From contig NC_043000.1 of the NCBI RefSeq assembly GCF_006345805.1, positions 61,070,001 to 61,134,000 on the forward strand: a DNA stretch of 64,000 bases, given 5' to 3'. The notes beneath the pieces were generated by a model that worked only from the letters and a program-made list of their open reading frames with translations, was not told the DNA's origin and did not search any database. Of the stretch, positions 26,201 to 40,960 are shown in pieces; the first letter of the stretch is position 1, and each line of letters begins with the position of its first letter. The translations under genes and the position numbers were made by a program. The stretch is from Octopus sinensis (Eukaryota).

Positions 26201-27424
26201 TGGTAAACTTGTAACTGATAAAACTCATTACATTGTTGAAAATAGCATCTATGCCAGCGTAGCTGAGTCAGATCTATGCATGTGTATATGTAACGTACAG
26301 ACACACAACTAAATTAAAAGGAAATGACAAAATCTGTAACCAATTTCGAATCTTTTAAGCATAAAAAGCAAATATTTTTTTTTCAAACAAAACGAAGTAG
26401 TATTTTTGCATTGAGCGTTCTTTAGATTTTATAGAGGTTGAAATTGCTAATGTTGATCGCTTATACATTTACAGAGTCAATGCTATGGCAAATCGTCTGT
26501 GTTGGCCGCATTATGATAAATTAAATTATTGGGCGTATTGATCCATGTCGTCAGCTTAACTGAATAAACATTGAAACAAGAAGATTATATATCAATGATC
26601 CAATGTAGAATAACTATAACTTGAAGAGAATGATCTCATTATCTAATAATTCTATATCATATTATATATTAATGTATTTCAGGGTCTGTATCATACTGCA
26701 TTAAACCAACATAGTACTCAACCACGGAAGCATGATATTTCAAAAACAATTTGAACGTGAACTAAGAATGTAAAAGCATATAAGAGAACATAATTAAATA
26801 CTGCAAGATATTTTGGCTGGTGCTCAACCACAAAATGACAAGAATTGGTAGGAATGGTAGTAAAGTACTGGGGTCAATATAGACGAATGTATATGCTCGT
26901 AATTTATTGCCTTTAATTGTCAAAATCCAAAGCATTTTATTTCAGTAGTGTTATTTGTAATGCAATCTTTCACAGCAGAATTGAGAACAGCACTATGTGC
27001 CTTAACACATGCCGTATTTATTTTGTTTGCCTGTTTCCCCAGTGTATTCAAAACATCTCCGTAATATGTGTGCAGTACCAAGTAATTCTATTCTTTATGT
27101 TGAGAAATTTTTGACTTTTCTGTTATGTATTTGTAGGTTTTTAAAAAAAATCTTTTCCAAAGCAACTATTACTATGGCGATTATATCTAGTTTTCCTCCC
27201 GTAATTTGGTCTTCTTTGTTTCCAGATCTTTAAATTTGGATATTTTCTGCATTTCATTTTTTGTTTTTGAGATATATTGTCATTTGTTGGAATCGATAAA
27301 CCATTCAGAAAACATGCTTTCACTGATGGTTTTTAATATTGTCTGTACAATGTGCATTAATTTCACTATTGTTGCTGCTGTTGCTGTTGTTGTTGTTGTT
27401 GTTGTTGATGTTATTATGTTTATT

Positions 27425-27545
27425 CGAAGGCGGTGACCTGGCAGAATGGTTAGCGCGCCGGACAAATTGCATAGCAGCATTTGACTGTTTTTATATTCTG
27501 AGTTCAAGTTCCGCCGAGGTTAACTATGCTTTTTATGCTTTTCAG
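27425..27545 (+). mobile_element. SINE family B, 5' part
   Basis: gaaggcggtgacctggcagaatggttagcgcgccggacaaa..ttctgagttcaagttccgccgagg. Confidence 0.75.
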
Positions 27546-28334
27546 AGATTGTACTGTTTGAATTGTAGAAAGGGGCGCGTGTAGAATATGTGTTTTGCCT
27601 AACAGAATAATTTTTGAATTGGATATAATGTTGTGAGCTCTCGTAATTTTTTTTTTACCCCTTAGTCAGGAGGAAAGGCAGTACTTATGACGCTCTTCAG
27701 GGCCTACGGAACTGGTGAGGAGAGGGAGTGGGGAGATAGCTTAAAAGCATTTACTTGGGCCAAATGCCTGCAGTGCAGTGGACTCCGCTAAAGAGCCCCA
27801 AGGCACTAGGTGGTGGTATTAAACTGAGTGATGGATTGAAATCACCGCTTGGCATTTTGCAGAGTACTCTCAGTTGAAAAATATTCGGGCCAAGTCAGCA
27901 GTTTCAACATACCTCCTTTCTCCCCACTTCCTGTACTAGAGACCTTGTAAAGGGTCATGGTTTTTATGCTTTTGTTTATGTTTAAAATCATCATCATCTT
28001 CACCACCACCACCACCACCACCACCACCATCATCATCGTTATGTTTGCTTTGAGAAATACTTCACGAATTTTCCTGAAGCTAGAACAATGTACATCTTTG
28101 AGATAGACATAGAAGCATTCAAGATTAGCAAGAATGTTTAGGAAGAAGTTGCAGTTCATCCTACAAGCAACAACACTTCCTCTTTATCCAATTTCACACA
28201 TAAGATTGGGTCGACAGGATTCTACGGTATAAGTTACTCAACGAAGTGTTCTACAATGGGATTATCCTTATGAGTGCGCAGAGAACTTCTTTATCATTAC
28301 GTCCGATTCTCCTCATACACATACACGCACATTA

Positions 28335-28620
28335 CTCTGACGATGAGTATTCCAGCTGACCTGAACGAATGTCTTCGACTTACCTCAAACCAATGTAAGA
28401 TTATGTAACGAAAGTGCTAACTTAGTGTAGTTCTCAGCGATATTCAGCGTGACAAGGCTGGCTCTTTGAAATACAGGTGCTACTCAATTTTGCCAGTTGA
28501 ATGTTCAGGAGTAACGTGAAATAAAGTGTCTTACTTAAGGGCACATTTTGCTACTGGGTATCGAACTCACGACCTTACGATCGTGTGCCGAATACCCTAA
28601 CCACTAAGACACGCGCCATC
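28335..28620 (-). mobile_element. Decayed tRNA-headed SINE (family C/D-like)
   Basis: Reverse-complement head ggcgcgtgtcttagtggttagggtattcggcacacgatcgtaaggtcgtgagttcgatacc. Body shares cagcgtgacaaggctgg-tctttgaaatacagg with 21311-21690. Confidence 0.7.
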
Positions 28621-31600
28621 ACTATATGCATATAGACACACACACATGCTCGCACACACACACACACACACACACACTCCATCTCTCTCTCTCTCTCTCT
28701 CTCTTACAGACACATAAATGTTTACGCCATTGCATGAACGTTTTCATGTCTATGTGTGAGGGTTTTAATTTAAAGAGCATTCAACTAATAAAGAGTGTAT
28801 TAGTGTATTATTATTAACTTAAAATTAAACTGTAATTAATGTCAAATATGATATAGACCACATTCTGTGTTTTAAGATATATAAAAACTAACCTATACAC
28901 TGTGCTCTAGTTCACTAGTAAACTCTATTTTCATCCAGTTTGCTAAACTAAAATTATACTCAACAAAGAAGCTTAGTGTAATAAGGGCAACTGCAATTCT
29001 ATTTTTATATGGAATACTTATTTCCATCCGCAACAATAATAAATCTGAGATATGCGTTAAAAAGCCCCTACCTGAATGCTGTATGGCTGGGTGTCAAGTT
29101 TGTATTTTCTGTAATAGATTGAAACCAAAATCGGTTGATAGGAGGTTGTACTGAAATATGATCACTTGAGTCAAAGCTTTCGTTAGTAGCTACTTAAAAC
29201 AATCTTCTAGAAAGTTCTATTTGAACAGTATCAGTTGATTGCATGTATTGAATTACAAGTAGTATGACGTGGAGACATAGTAAATGGCAAACTAAGCAAC
29301 TACTTCAGATATCAAGATCTGATTACTGATTGGAATAGTTTAATTTCTCTTACAATCTTTAATGACTTTGGGGGAAGGCATGCATATCAAAACTTCCGAT
29401 TTTAAATAAGTCAATGTAGTCAGTGGTGGGCATTGAAAGAAGTTGTGAAGTTAAGCAGAAAACACGAGCATTTGATATTTCATTCGTTTTATCTCACCTG
29501 AGTGAGATAAGTTTCAAGTTAATAAGATTACGTACGTTATAATACAAGCATAATCCAAACGTAACTCATAAAAATGGAATGTAGGTATTGTGATCAAAGA
29601 TATGTTGAACATGGTTTTTCCAGTCATTGCTTCAAGTTAAATACATTTTTATACAGAGATACTAGTGAATCCAGTGAATATCTATTTATATCTCTTCAAA
29701 AGTTTCCTCTATTTTCCTCACAGTACTGATGTTTTCTATTCTACCGCAAAACCTCGGTTTCTGTTGTAAAATTCGATTTTGATACTATACTTTTTTTATT
29801 TGAATAAAACTCAGAATTTCTACTGATCACTTTTTGCCTTCGGATTTATTGTATTACTGAAGTAGAAATACAAAAATAGTGTTTTTGAGAACTGAAATTG
29901 TTTTTGAGTATTGCATTTTGTATAAATTCTATTTTCGTATTTTAAAATTATTCAGCAAGTCTCTTTAACTGGTGTCGAGATCTTCACTTTAAGGGTTTAG
30001 GGTAACAGTCCAGTCATTGCAACAATCTTGTAAAATTAAAATGTCTATATTTGAGTCGTTTTTCGTATATTTCTTTGTTCATTAAATACTTGTTTTTGTT
30101 TTGTTAGAGTAATTGTAAATAAATTAACTTCATCTTTCTTTCTCTCCAATAAAAGCCTTCCTCCTTTAAGTGAGCAAGAACAAATACATTTTATGCTACA
30201 AAATAGTGTTTTACTACATATAATATTACTTTCCCGACTTCAGCAATATGTCGGAAGATAGAAACATATTTTGTAGGCGATTTTTTTATCGTCCATATAA
30301 TTCTATTTTATGGAAGTTGTAAAACTTTCTTGAAATGACCAAAACTATATTCTATTGTTAAGTACATCACTGTGAAACTATTATTATATTGTTCTACGCG
30401 TTCCTTATGTCTGTCGAGTTTTGCCAGTGTGATATGCGTACACAAAGGGAGGTAATAACACGAATGGAGAAATAAATGCATAGAGAGAGAAAGAGAAGAG
30501 GGAGAAGGGGAGACAAAATATATTAGTGAAAAATAGAAAAAGAAAACACGAGACAGAGAGAGAGAGTGAGAGAGAGAGTGAGAGAGAGAGATAGAGAGAG
30601 AGAGGAAGAACGAGAGTCAAGGAAGAAGAAAGTCTATATTATTATGCATTTGTATGCAGAATAATATTGCAGGCACGATTGAAATGTTTCATTCTGAAAC
30701 GATGTCATGAAGATCTATAAATTTACGCATTAAAACACGTCGATAGATAGTTAAATTAAAATAAATAAAATAACCTCAGTTAGTAAATAGCAATGGTTGT
30801 TACACTTATCCTGTACGTGTTCCAGACCAAAAGGCTTTGGCCATACTGGGGCACCGTCATTATGATTTCTTTTGTTATTTCGTTTAAATACTTATCGGTA
30901 TTTTGAAAGTAAACGGATACATACGTCGGCAGAAGGAAAAGTAGATATGATAGATGTTTAGATAGATAAATAGGTAAATCTAGGGTGAATCTAGATATAT
31001 ATCAATAGATATGTAGATAGAGAGATGCATTAATACATATACAAATAACAAGGTAGCTGAACTGAAATGAAATGAACAGTAATGAAAATAATCTCAATTA
31101 TGAACTAAGCCTTGGCAGCGGTTGGACAGGCGAAAAGTGCAGTTCTTGTCTTGTATATATATATGAATAAATTTTTAATTCATCTTTTACTTCCTTAAGC
31201 GCATCATACCTGTAAAAATTATTAAAAGAATGTAAACAAGCAATACCTTCTAAGGTCATTTCGATTATATTTAAAAGTATAGTTTTAATTAAATGGCAGG
31301 ATTTGGAAAGAACCTTTTGAAATTCTTTGCTTGTGTTTAATATGTTAACATACTGTCTTCAAATGATTCTTTAATGACATTGAGTGAAATATTTTTTGAT
31401 AAAGTATGTCTATCACAAATGACCTATAAAAATGTATCTCGACTTCAAGTCCATGTTGATAAGCAGCTACGAGATATATCTTTCAAACTTTATAGAATAT
31501 CACCTAATAGAATGTGTCATTGCTATACTTCTAACTATACGCCTAGGCATTTATTTTTGATTTCCACAAGAAATAAAACGGTTAAAAAAATAATACATTA

Positions 31601-32866
31601 GAGGCTCATGTGGTAGTGAAATCATTTCTAAGAATCAATCCTCTATCTTGCAATTAAATGTAGGAATTTTCAGATTCTATGCAGTACTTGTAATATATCT
31701 AAACTCAAAACTTATTTACCTCGGTGAAACATACTGGCGCTCAAATAATGATCTGCTAGAAATAGCAACTGTACATCCCTTAAATTCCATCCTACCATCT
31801 TGAAAGAAGAACTTGCATTGGATACTGTAGTACTAGATACACTAAATTTATATGTCTGGAGAAAAAGAAGGGATCACGGTTGAAGTGTTTTTGATCCCAG
31901 CTCTGTTCGATCCGGGCTGAGTCAGCAATAAGCAGTAAAATGATAAATGCGAGAGCTAAATTGCAAAATATGCCAGCGACTTAATTCTCTATCGTCAGAT
32001 AATACAATTTCATCCAGTCATTATTTTTCAAAAGGTATAGAATTTTACATTAAATTTTGGTCATATACAATTCAATGTATATTTGAAAACAAATCTTTCA
32101 ACCCCATCAATGTGGCAATTTATGTCTGTTTATATTAATCTTAATATATTTTATATTATTAAAATTCTAGTTTGCATGTATTTTACAATTTTAAAAGTAG
32201 GACACGAGGATATTCCGTATGTTCGCAATGTTTTGATTTCTAATCCGATAGATATATCTATATGTCTCGTTAGCACTGTTCCATTATGTTAAATATTTTG
32301 AGCGTGTCTTCGGTTTTACTCTATAGTCGAGGTTCCTTACAACATAATACTGGAATATGTTTCGTTAGTTGAAGATGTTTGGTCATGGTTTTGATGTCGT
32401 TAACTAGTTAAGGTTATTAAAAGTATAACACTTGAACACGCATTGTGTGAAGCGGAATACTTGTAGGTCGTAGTGAAGCTGACGATGTAGAATAGTAAGT
32501 GCATGGGGCTTCAACGCGTTACGGTCCTTTGCTTCATCCTTTTTCTCGCACTAAATTCCTGATCGATAAATTTAATAACAGTAGTTTATTGGTTCGATTC
32601 AAACGAGTTAACACGACTTATAGGAATAAAAACTGCGTCAGCCGAATGAAATCAATAAATTTATGCTAATAAAAGTAAGTTTTACTGTATAACGACAGCT
32701 TATTTGTTAGAATTCTGGATATTTGCTGTGTGGGTTTCATATTTTCTACCTTTTTCGACAGTTAACACACACACATATGTATGTTTGTGCGTGCATACGT
32801 TTATATATATATATATATAAATAAACGTATGCACGCACACACATACATAAGCTGTCGTTATACCGT

Positions 32867-32897
<31 letters not shown>

Positions 32898-34323
32898 GCA
32901 TATATGTATGTTTGCATGTATGTATGTGAGTGTGTGTGTGTATGCGTGTGTGTATGCATGTATATATGAATGTATTCTGGCTATTTTCAACATGGAGATT
33001 TTTTCAACGTACAATAAATGATCTTTTTGAAATTCATATTTCCTGCCGCTTAATTCGAACGTTGTTCTTGAAGCAAAACTATGTATTATTCCTCTAACGT
33101 TTGTAAGGAACAATTTTCGTCAAATAATGTGTTCGCTGCATTAATACCTTTAATCATATTGGATTCAGAAAATTTCATCAGTTATTTTTCCTTTAAGCTA
33201 TATTTTTATAGCTTGAAAGAGAAAATGAAAGTAAATGGATGTAAAACGACATCAATTTTAATTGTTTGACACCACGTGATTTTTCTGTCATGAGTAAACG
33301 CAATATAGTTAAGAAAATATTAACAAAAAGAGAAAAAACAAAACAAAACAAAGCAACAACAACAAAACTGCTGACGCATGTTTACTTCGTCGAAGAATAT
33401 CTTTAGAAAAGAATTGATTTACGCGTTCGGTGAACGCAAACATATATGAAGGAAAAGTCCCATAAATGGAAGAAATATTGATCAATATTTGTTAGTCGTT
33501 AGAAAGAAAATCTATAATGAAATTTTCTTTGTATGTACACCATTTCTTAGCTATAGCCGAAAACTTCGAGGTCAAATCATTGTTAGCTCGATTGAAATTT
33601 ACTTATTCTAATATTGGAAGGAAATATAATCTGTATAACCTACTAAAACTTCTCTAAAAGCTTTTTCTTGAGATAAAAGACATTCCATCAATTTATCTTT
33701 TCTGTTCTCTTTATATCACGATATATATATCAATTTATAAACATTTTCTTATCAGTTCATCAATTTATTCGTCGCTCCATCAATTTATATATCTGTTATC
33801 TGTTCATATTTATTAATATATTTTTCTTTCACTGGATTGCTTTGCCTTCAGTATAGTTAATAAAATAAGTTTTATCTATAATAATTTAGTATCCATCATA
33901 TTTAATGGCATACGTACGCTGGAAACAATTCCATTATTTAATCTTTTACTGAAGATATACGACGTTATACATACATTCTAAATGGATTTAGACAGTCAGA
34001 CGTCCATATATGAAGCGAATCCCAAATATAGTAAAACTATATCCCTAAGATTAATTTATTCTGGTAAAACAACTGAATGGTATCGTATGAGTACAAATAC
34101 AACATAAATATATTTCTATTAATAGAAACTAAATATATAAATATTTATAGTTGCATTTGTACTCATACAATTTCCACTCTTATTTTTTCATCTAAAACTT
34201 TTACTGAGCGTCAGTCTAATATAAGAACCCACATGTTGGAGTGGAGATAATGCACAGTCAAAGAAGAAATAAATATAAGTATAAATGATATTTGATATTC
34301 GAAATAAAAGAGTACATATATAT

Positions 34324-34362
<39 letters not shown>

Positions 34363-34441
34363 GCTGTTGAAAACTGTTTAATAAATAAAAGACGTTTTGT
34401 ATAGATGGGAATAAATCATTCTCCTTTTCGTTATCAATGTC

Positions 34442-34474
<33 letters not shown>

Positions 34475-35469
34475 ATATATATATACTGTTGAAAACTGTT
34501 TAATAAATAAAAGACGTTTTGTATAGATGGGAATAAATCATTCTCCTTTTCGTTATCAATGTCATATATATATATATATATATATCATATACACATTTAT
34601 AAATAAACAAAAAAGCACAGTGAACTTGCTGAGGTGGGTGGAAAGCCCCAACGTCCCAGACAGAGTCCTTCTTCAAACAAAAGTTGACCGAAATATTAAA
34701 GAGAGACCAGTTACAGCCAGTTTTTCTACACAAAAGATTTAAAACTGCTGTTTCTCTTTAATTTGTCTCCTCTCAACTTTTCCCTGAAGAAGAATATTTT
34801 AGAAAACATGATATTTTCCACTCACCTGCGTCAATCTAATATACTCATTGTGTACATCTAATTGACTTTTGTTGATGTTTTAGCGTTAGATTTCTTTTTC
34901 ACACACATACGCACACACATTCTTTACTGCTTTCAGTCATAGGACCTAGGCTTTGCAGAGGCACTCGCCTTCAAGTGTTTTAATTGATCAAATTGATGCA
35001 TTGAATATATTTAAGTTTAAGTATTTTCGACGCATTGAAGGATCTGTAAATCTACCTCTATGAATAAGGCATCCATTCTTCATATGTTGATTGACTGTAT
35101 AGGATTCCTTGCCAAACAGTATGCGAATGGTATACCGTCATGAGAAGAAGAAAGAAAAACGCAGTTGCGCGCACTATAGGTGGGATAGCAACACGCCTCT
35201 TGTTGGTTACGAAACAAAAGAAAGGAGCTAGTTTGGAATCTAAGAGAAGCTGAGTAGGGATTTGACTGAAGGCCCAGGAACATAAGGGTGTTACGCTTCA
35301 GGGTAGGAATACCTAATGACCGTGGGTCACTGTCAGATGACATCAGTTCTTGAAGGCTACGTTCACCAACGATGAATGAAGGAAAAAAAATTCTTTTAGA
35401 TGTAATCATTCCAATAAAACAACAACAGCAGCAGCAGTATCAGCAACAACAGCAACATCAATAGCAGCA

Positions 35470-35471
35470 GC

Positions 35472-35506
<35 letters not shown>

Positions 35507-35568
35507 TAATAATAATAATAATAATAATAGTAATAATAATAATGATAATAATAATAATAATAATAATA

Positions 35569-35624
<56 letters not shown>
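35470..35624. repeat. (AAT)n trinucleotide tract preceded by CAA/CAG repeats
   Basis: Directly visible. Confidence 0.97.
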
Positions 35625-35625
<1 letters not shown>

Positions 35626-35626
35626 G

Positions 35627-35958
35627 AGTAAAGACACCCTTCGGTCATGAATGACCATGGGATTGCACCTAGAAAGTTACCCTCCTAGACACAAGTCCGG
35701 GCAAGGTTGTTTATGGAAGACCAGCAGTCGCCCATGCATACCAGCCTCCCCTCTCCACACCACCAGTGTTATCCAAGGGAAAGACAAAGGTCGATACAGC
35801 TTGGCACCTGTGACGTCGCAACTCATTTCTACAGCTGAGTGAACTGGAGCAACGTGAAAATAAGGTGCTTTGCTGAAGAACACAACACGCAGCCCGGACC
35901 GGGATTCGAGCTCACAACCTCACGATCGTAAGCTCGACGCTCTAACCACTGAGCCATA
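35627..35958 (-). mobile_element. tRNA-derived SINE family D with CORE-like central domain
   Basis: Reverse complement: atggctcagtggttagagcgtcgagcttacgatcgtgaggttgtgagctcgaatccc head, then gtgttcttcagcaaagcaccttattttcacgttgctccagttcactcagctgtagaaatgag (CORE-like). Homologous to 56877-57125. Confidence 0.85.
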
Positions 35959-36299
35959 TAATAATAATAATAATGATCATAAGGTAAATTAAAGCAGGAA
36001 GTATTCATATAGGTTTTATTCTCTATGACAACAATATAGACCAATACTGAATATACAATACTAAATATAATATAAAGAAATACTCGAGTTCAATAGTCCT
36101 TGTACTCTATATAATATGTTACAGAACCCACAATACTCGAATTGTAGCCAATATAATCATCTACCTAGCATTAACGACCTGCGCACGAGGATTTTCATGC
36201 CAAATGTAAAATTCACACACCAGCCATCATATAGAGTAAATACCAGAAAGACAGCGCCACCGCTGTTAGCCCATACAATTAGGATGGCTACTAAGTCTT

Positions 36300-36500
36300 T
36301 AGGCATAAGGTTTAAAATTTTGGATGAGGAGGATAGTCGATTACATCGACCCCAGTACTCAACTGATACTTATTTTATCAACCCAGAAAGAATGAAAGGC
36401 AAAGTTGACCTCGGCTGTATTTGAACACAGAACGTAATGAGTCGGACGAAATGCCGCTAAACGTTCTAAATGACGCACTAACGGTTCTGTTAGCTCACTG
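36300..36500 (-). mobile_element. SINE family B, diverged
   Basis: Colinear with 60807-61039. Confidence 0.75.
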
Positions 36501-37278
36501 CTTCAGGATCGTTATTAGTGAGCTGCTTTTTTTACCACTTTTAGCCCTGCTCGAGAGATTGAACTCAATATTAGAATTTAATATTACTTCTGCTTCTTAT
36601 GGCGATGAGTTATAATTATTCATTGAATGTACCAGTTAACGTTTTGTCGAGGTGGCTCAGTAAGTTTTAACTATCTAATCACTGGTAGTGAGAAGGCAAA
36701 CTTCAATCAGTAGATTAATCTCATCAAATTCAGTCAGTTATTCATAAATATAGCTGAAATGCTTTTGATTATCAGTGTATTCTATTCAGAAGTTATTATG
36801 CAATATCAAAATAAAATAATATTTTGGTAGAGAAGAAAAAAATCAAGCAAGAAAAATAATTTAGAATATTATTTACTTAGCAACGCTGATAAGATTTCTG
36901 TATTGAGTGGCAGAATCAATATCAATCGGAAGTGCTGCTACTGAGTAAGAAATCATAATTAATAGTGTTGTTATGATTCTGCAAAATCTGATCAAAGCAA
37001 TAGAATTGCTATTTTGGTCAGTGATGGTTAAAAATAGGCAATGTTATTCAGTGAAAAGGTTTTGAAAAAACAACAAAAAAACAACTTTTTAAATGTCATA
37101 CCTAGGGAAATCACTCATTGTGACTTGTCAAAGACAAGAATTGGTGATATATTTTCAAACTAATTTACTTATGAATAAAATAAGCTCTGAAATCGTTGTT
37201 CAATGTACATTATCTATTAAATCAATCTAGTTATTTCTAGCTTCTATGACTAGAATATACAAATAAGAAAAAAATCAA

Positions 37279-37379
<101 letters not shown>

Positions 37380-38071
37380 AAATAGCTTTACTTGCAAGAT
37401 ACTCTCGGGATTATCAAATATACAATTGTGATCAACAATTTAAAACATATCTTCTCACCTAGCAGACTTTATTATCTAATAAGAAAAGTCTGTTTATGAA
37501 TTATTTATATTTATTAAGAAATTTTTTGTATGATTGCATTTACATTATGGAAAAAGAATAATAACATCAACTGAAAATTTAAATTTGGATATTTCCATAT
37601 TTCTTACTGTTTTTAATATTTTCTCCAAAAGTTGAAATTTTTATACAGATTTCAGAGATACAGGTGTTTAAACATTTAGTGTTACTTTGCTTCAGTATAA
37701 GAATTACTTTCAAAATATCCAATGAATATCTTTCTTTTTAATACATCTACGTATCATATCTAATATTTAAAATAGATTTTAGAAACATAGAAGAAAACTA
37801 ATTACTATTTTCGTTCTTATCAGTGTTTCAGTGTTTTTGTAGCACGCCTCTGCTTTTGATACTCGTTTATATATGTTTTTTATTACCAGGTTAATTTTGC
37901 AACTTGTCACACATATATTTGCTTGTACATACCACATACACACACACGCACACACTTGTACGTATTTGTATGTTGGTATACAATGCATATGCGTATGCAC
38001 CTATCTATTTATCTACCTATGTATCTCTCTCTATATATGTATGCATGTACGTATGTATATGTTTATATATA

Positions 38072-38160
<89 letters not shown>

Positions 38161-38263
38161 TCATAATTAATCAATATAGGGAGGCAAAAAAATTTTGTAG
38201 AATTCTTTTGCCCCCAGCGGCCTAGTGGGAAAAAATTAAATAGTCATAAACATTTTAAGTTCA

Positions 38264-38653
38264 ATATCACAATCAAGGAACGGCCATAATAGGCCATTCA
38301 CCCACTAGAAATAACAGCCAAAAAGCTTCAACCGCAAAATAACATTAATTCCGTAAACCAGGAGAAAATTAAAAAACATTTACCCTGAAATTCCTTATAC
38401 GATGCACCGTTTCTTCTACTGTTTAATGGTAAACTAACCTGATTAAATTAAATCAAGCCAATCTGATTGCTTGATTTAATTAATCAGGTTAGTTACCATT
38501 AAACAGTAGAAGAAACGGTGCATCGTATAAGAATTTCAGGGTAAATGTTTTTTTATTTTCTCCTGGTTTACGGAATTAATGTTATTTTGCGGTTGAAGCT
38601 TTTTGGCTGTTATTTCTAGTGGGTGAATGGCCTATTATGGCCGTTCCTTGATT

Positions 38654-38660
<7 letters not shown>
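38264..38660. repeat. Near-perfect long palindrome (arms 200 and 196 bp, centre at 38464)
   Basis: atatcacaatcaaggaacggcc...aagccaatc|t|gattgcttg...ggccgttccttgattgtgatat. The arms differ by four 1-nt indels and one substitution. Confidence 0.95.
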
Positions 38661-38689
<29 letters not shown>

Positions 38690-38691
<2 letters not shown>

Positions 38692-39080
38692 CTTTTGGAC
38701 TGCGGCCATGCTGGAGCACCGCCTTGAAGAATTTTAGTCAAACAAATCGGCCCAGGACTTATTCTTTGTAAGCCTAGTACTTATTTTATCGTCTTTTTTG
38801 CCAAACCGCAAACGCACCAGCATCGGTTGCCAAGCGATGTTGGGGGAGTGCAAGCACAGACACAGAAACATATGCACTAACCTACACACACACACACACA
38901 CACATATATGACGGGCTTCTTTCATTTTCTGTCTACCAAATCCATACACAAGGCTTTGGTCGGCTCGGGGCTATGGTAGAAAATACTTGCTCAACGTGCC
39001 ACGCAGTGGGACTAATTATCGTCCCACTGCGTGGCGCGGAATCTTGTGGTTGGTAAGCAAGATATTTATCACACAACCAC
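38690..39080 (-). mobile_element. SINE family A, full length, with an internal inverted duplication in the head
   Basis: Reverse complement colinear with 6388-6830, apart from a 15 bp inverted copy at 39021-39035. Confidence 0.88.
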
Positions 39081-39442
39081 TCGAGTAAAAACTATGAATC
39101 GAAAGAAAATGCACAGAAATTTCATTCTGGAATATATTTATGAAATAAAATACTTACATAATCGACTGGTTCTGCTTATGCTAACGATGACTAAGTAGTT
39201 AGTGATAATATAATATAATTACAAAGTATTTGTTCCTCTAACGTAGAATGAAAACATTTGATACCATGGAAGAATAACACTATTCTTAATAACTTAATCA
39301 TGATTAGCATAAGCGAAACCTGTCGCCCATCAGAATATTTTATTTCATAAATATATTTTCTTTCCAACTTAAAATTTCCGTGTATTTTCCTTCTTTTTAT
39401 ATTTTTACTATGTGCTCGTGTGGTAAGAAGTTTTATTCCCAA

Positions 39443-39810
<368 letters not shown>

Positions 39811-40222
39811 TCCTCAAGTTACAGAATTTTCATAATAATGAAATCTGCGGGATTTTGTTTTTCTTCAAACTTTCTTATCGCCTACGAATTTGTAGTGAGG
39901 AACCATCTTGAAATTTCCATTTGTTTTCATGATTGTATTAATTCAAGCTGTGAAAGACTAGGCCGGGATAGGTTCTACTTTGTACATGAAAATAATGATT
40001 AGCAATAATACACTCCTTATAAAGTAAATATTTCAGCCTCCATCTAAATTGCGTTCTCCCCGTATTTGCTACTGTATATAACATAAAACAGATGCATATA
40101 TACGCTTACATGTGTATATATGTACGCACACACGCACACATTCATACATATATGCATACATGCATACATGCATACATACATAATACATACATGCATACAT
40201 TCATACATACTCATATACGTAC

Positions 40223-40289
<67 letters not shown>

Positions 40290-40492
40290 TACACACACAC
40301 ACACACAAACACACACAATATATATATAATTTATTAGAATGGACCAAACAGAGACAAAATTAGAGAAGAGTGTCGCTGAAGAGGTCAAAGGATGTGTGAC
40401 GAAAGGATTCAGTCGGGTACTAAAGATAAGAACAATAGTAAAGCTGAAGTGGAGAACGAGTATAGAGTGCGTGTGTTTAGGTATATATAACT

Positions 40493-40960
<468 letters not shown>

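Noticed and set aside
27660-27960. GC-richer segment considered as a LINE 5' UTR with an HDV-like ribozyme
   Set aside because: The nested double-pseudoknot helices could not be assigned by eye; it is probably a repeat remnant of unknown family.
28050-28330. Possible RT-like remnants here and at ~35080-35400
   Set aside because: Too degraded; only one or two weak motif resemblances each.
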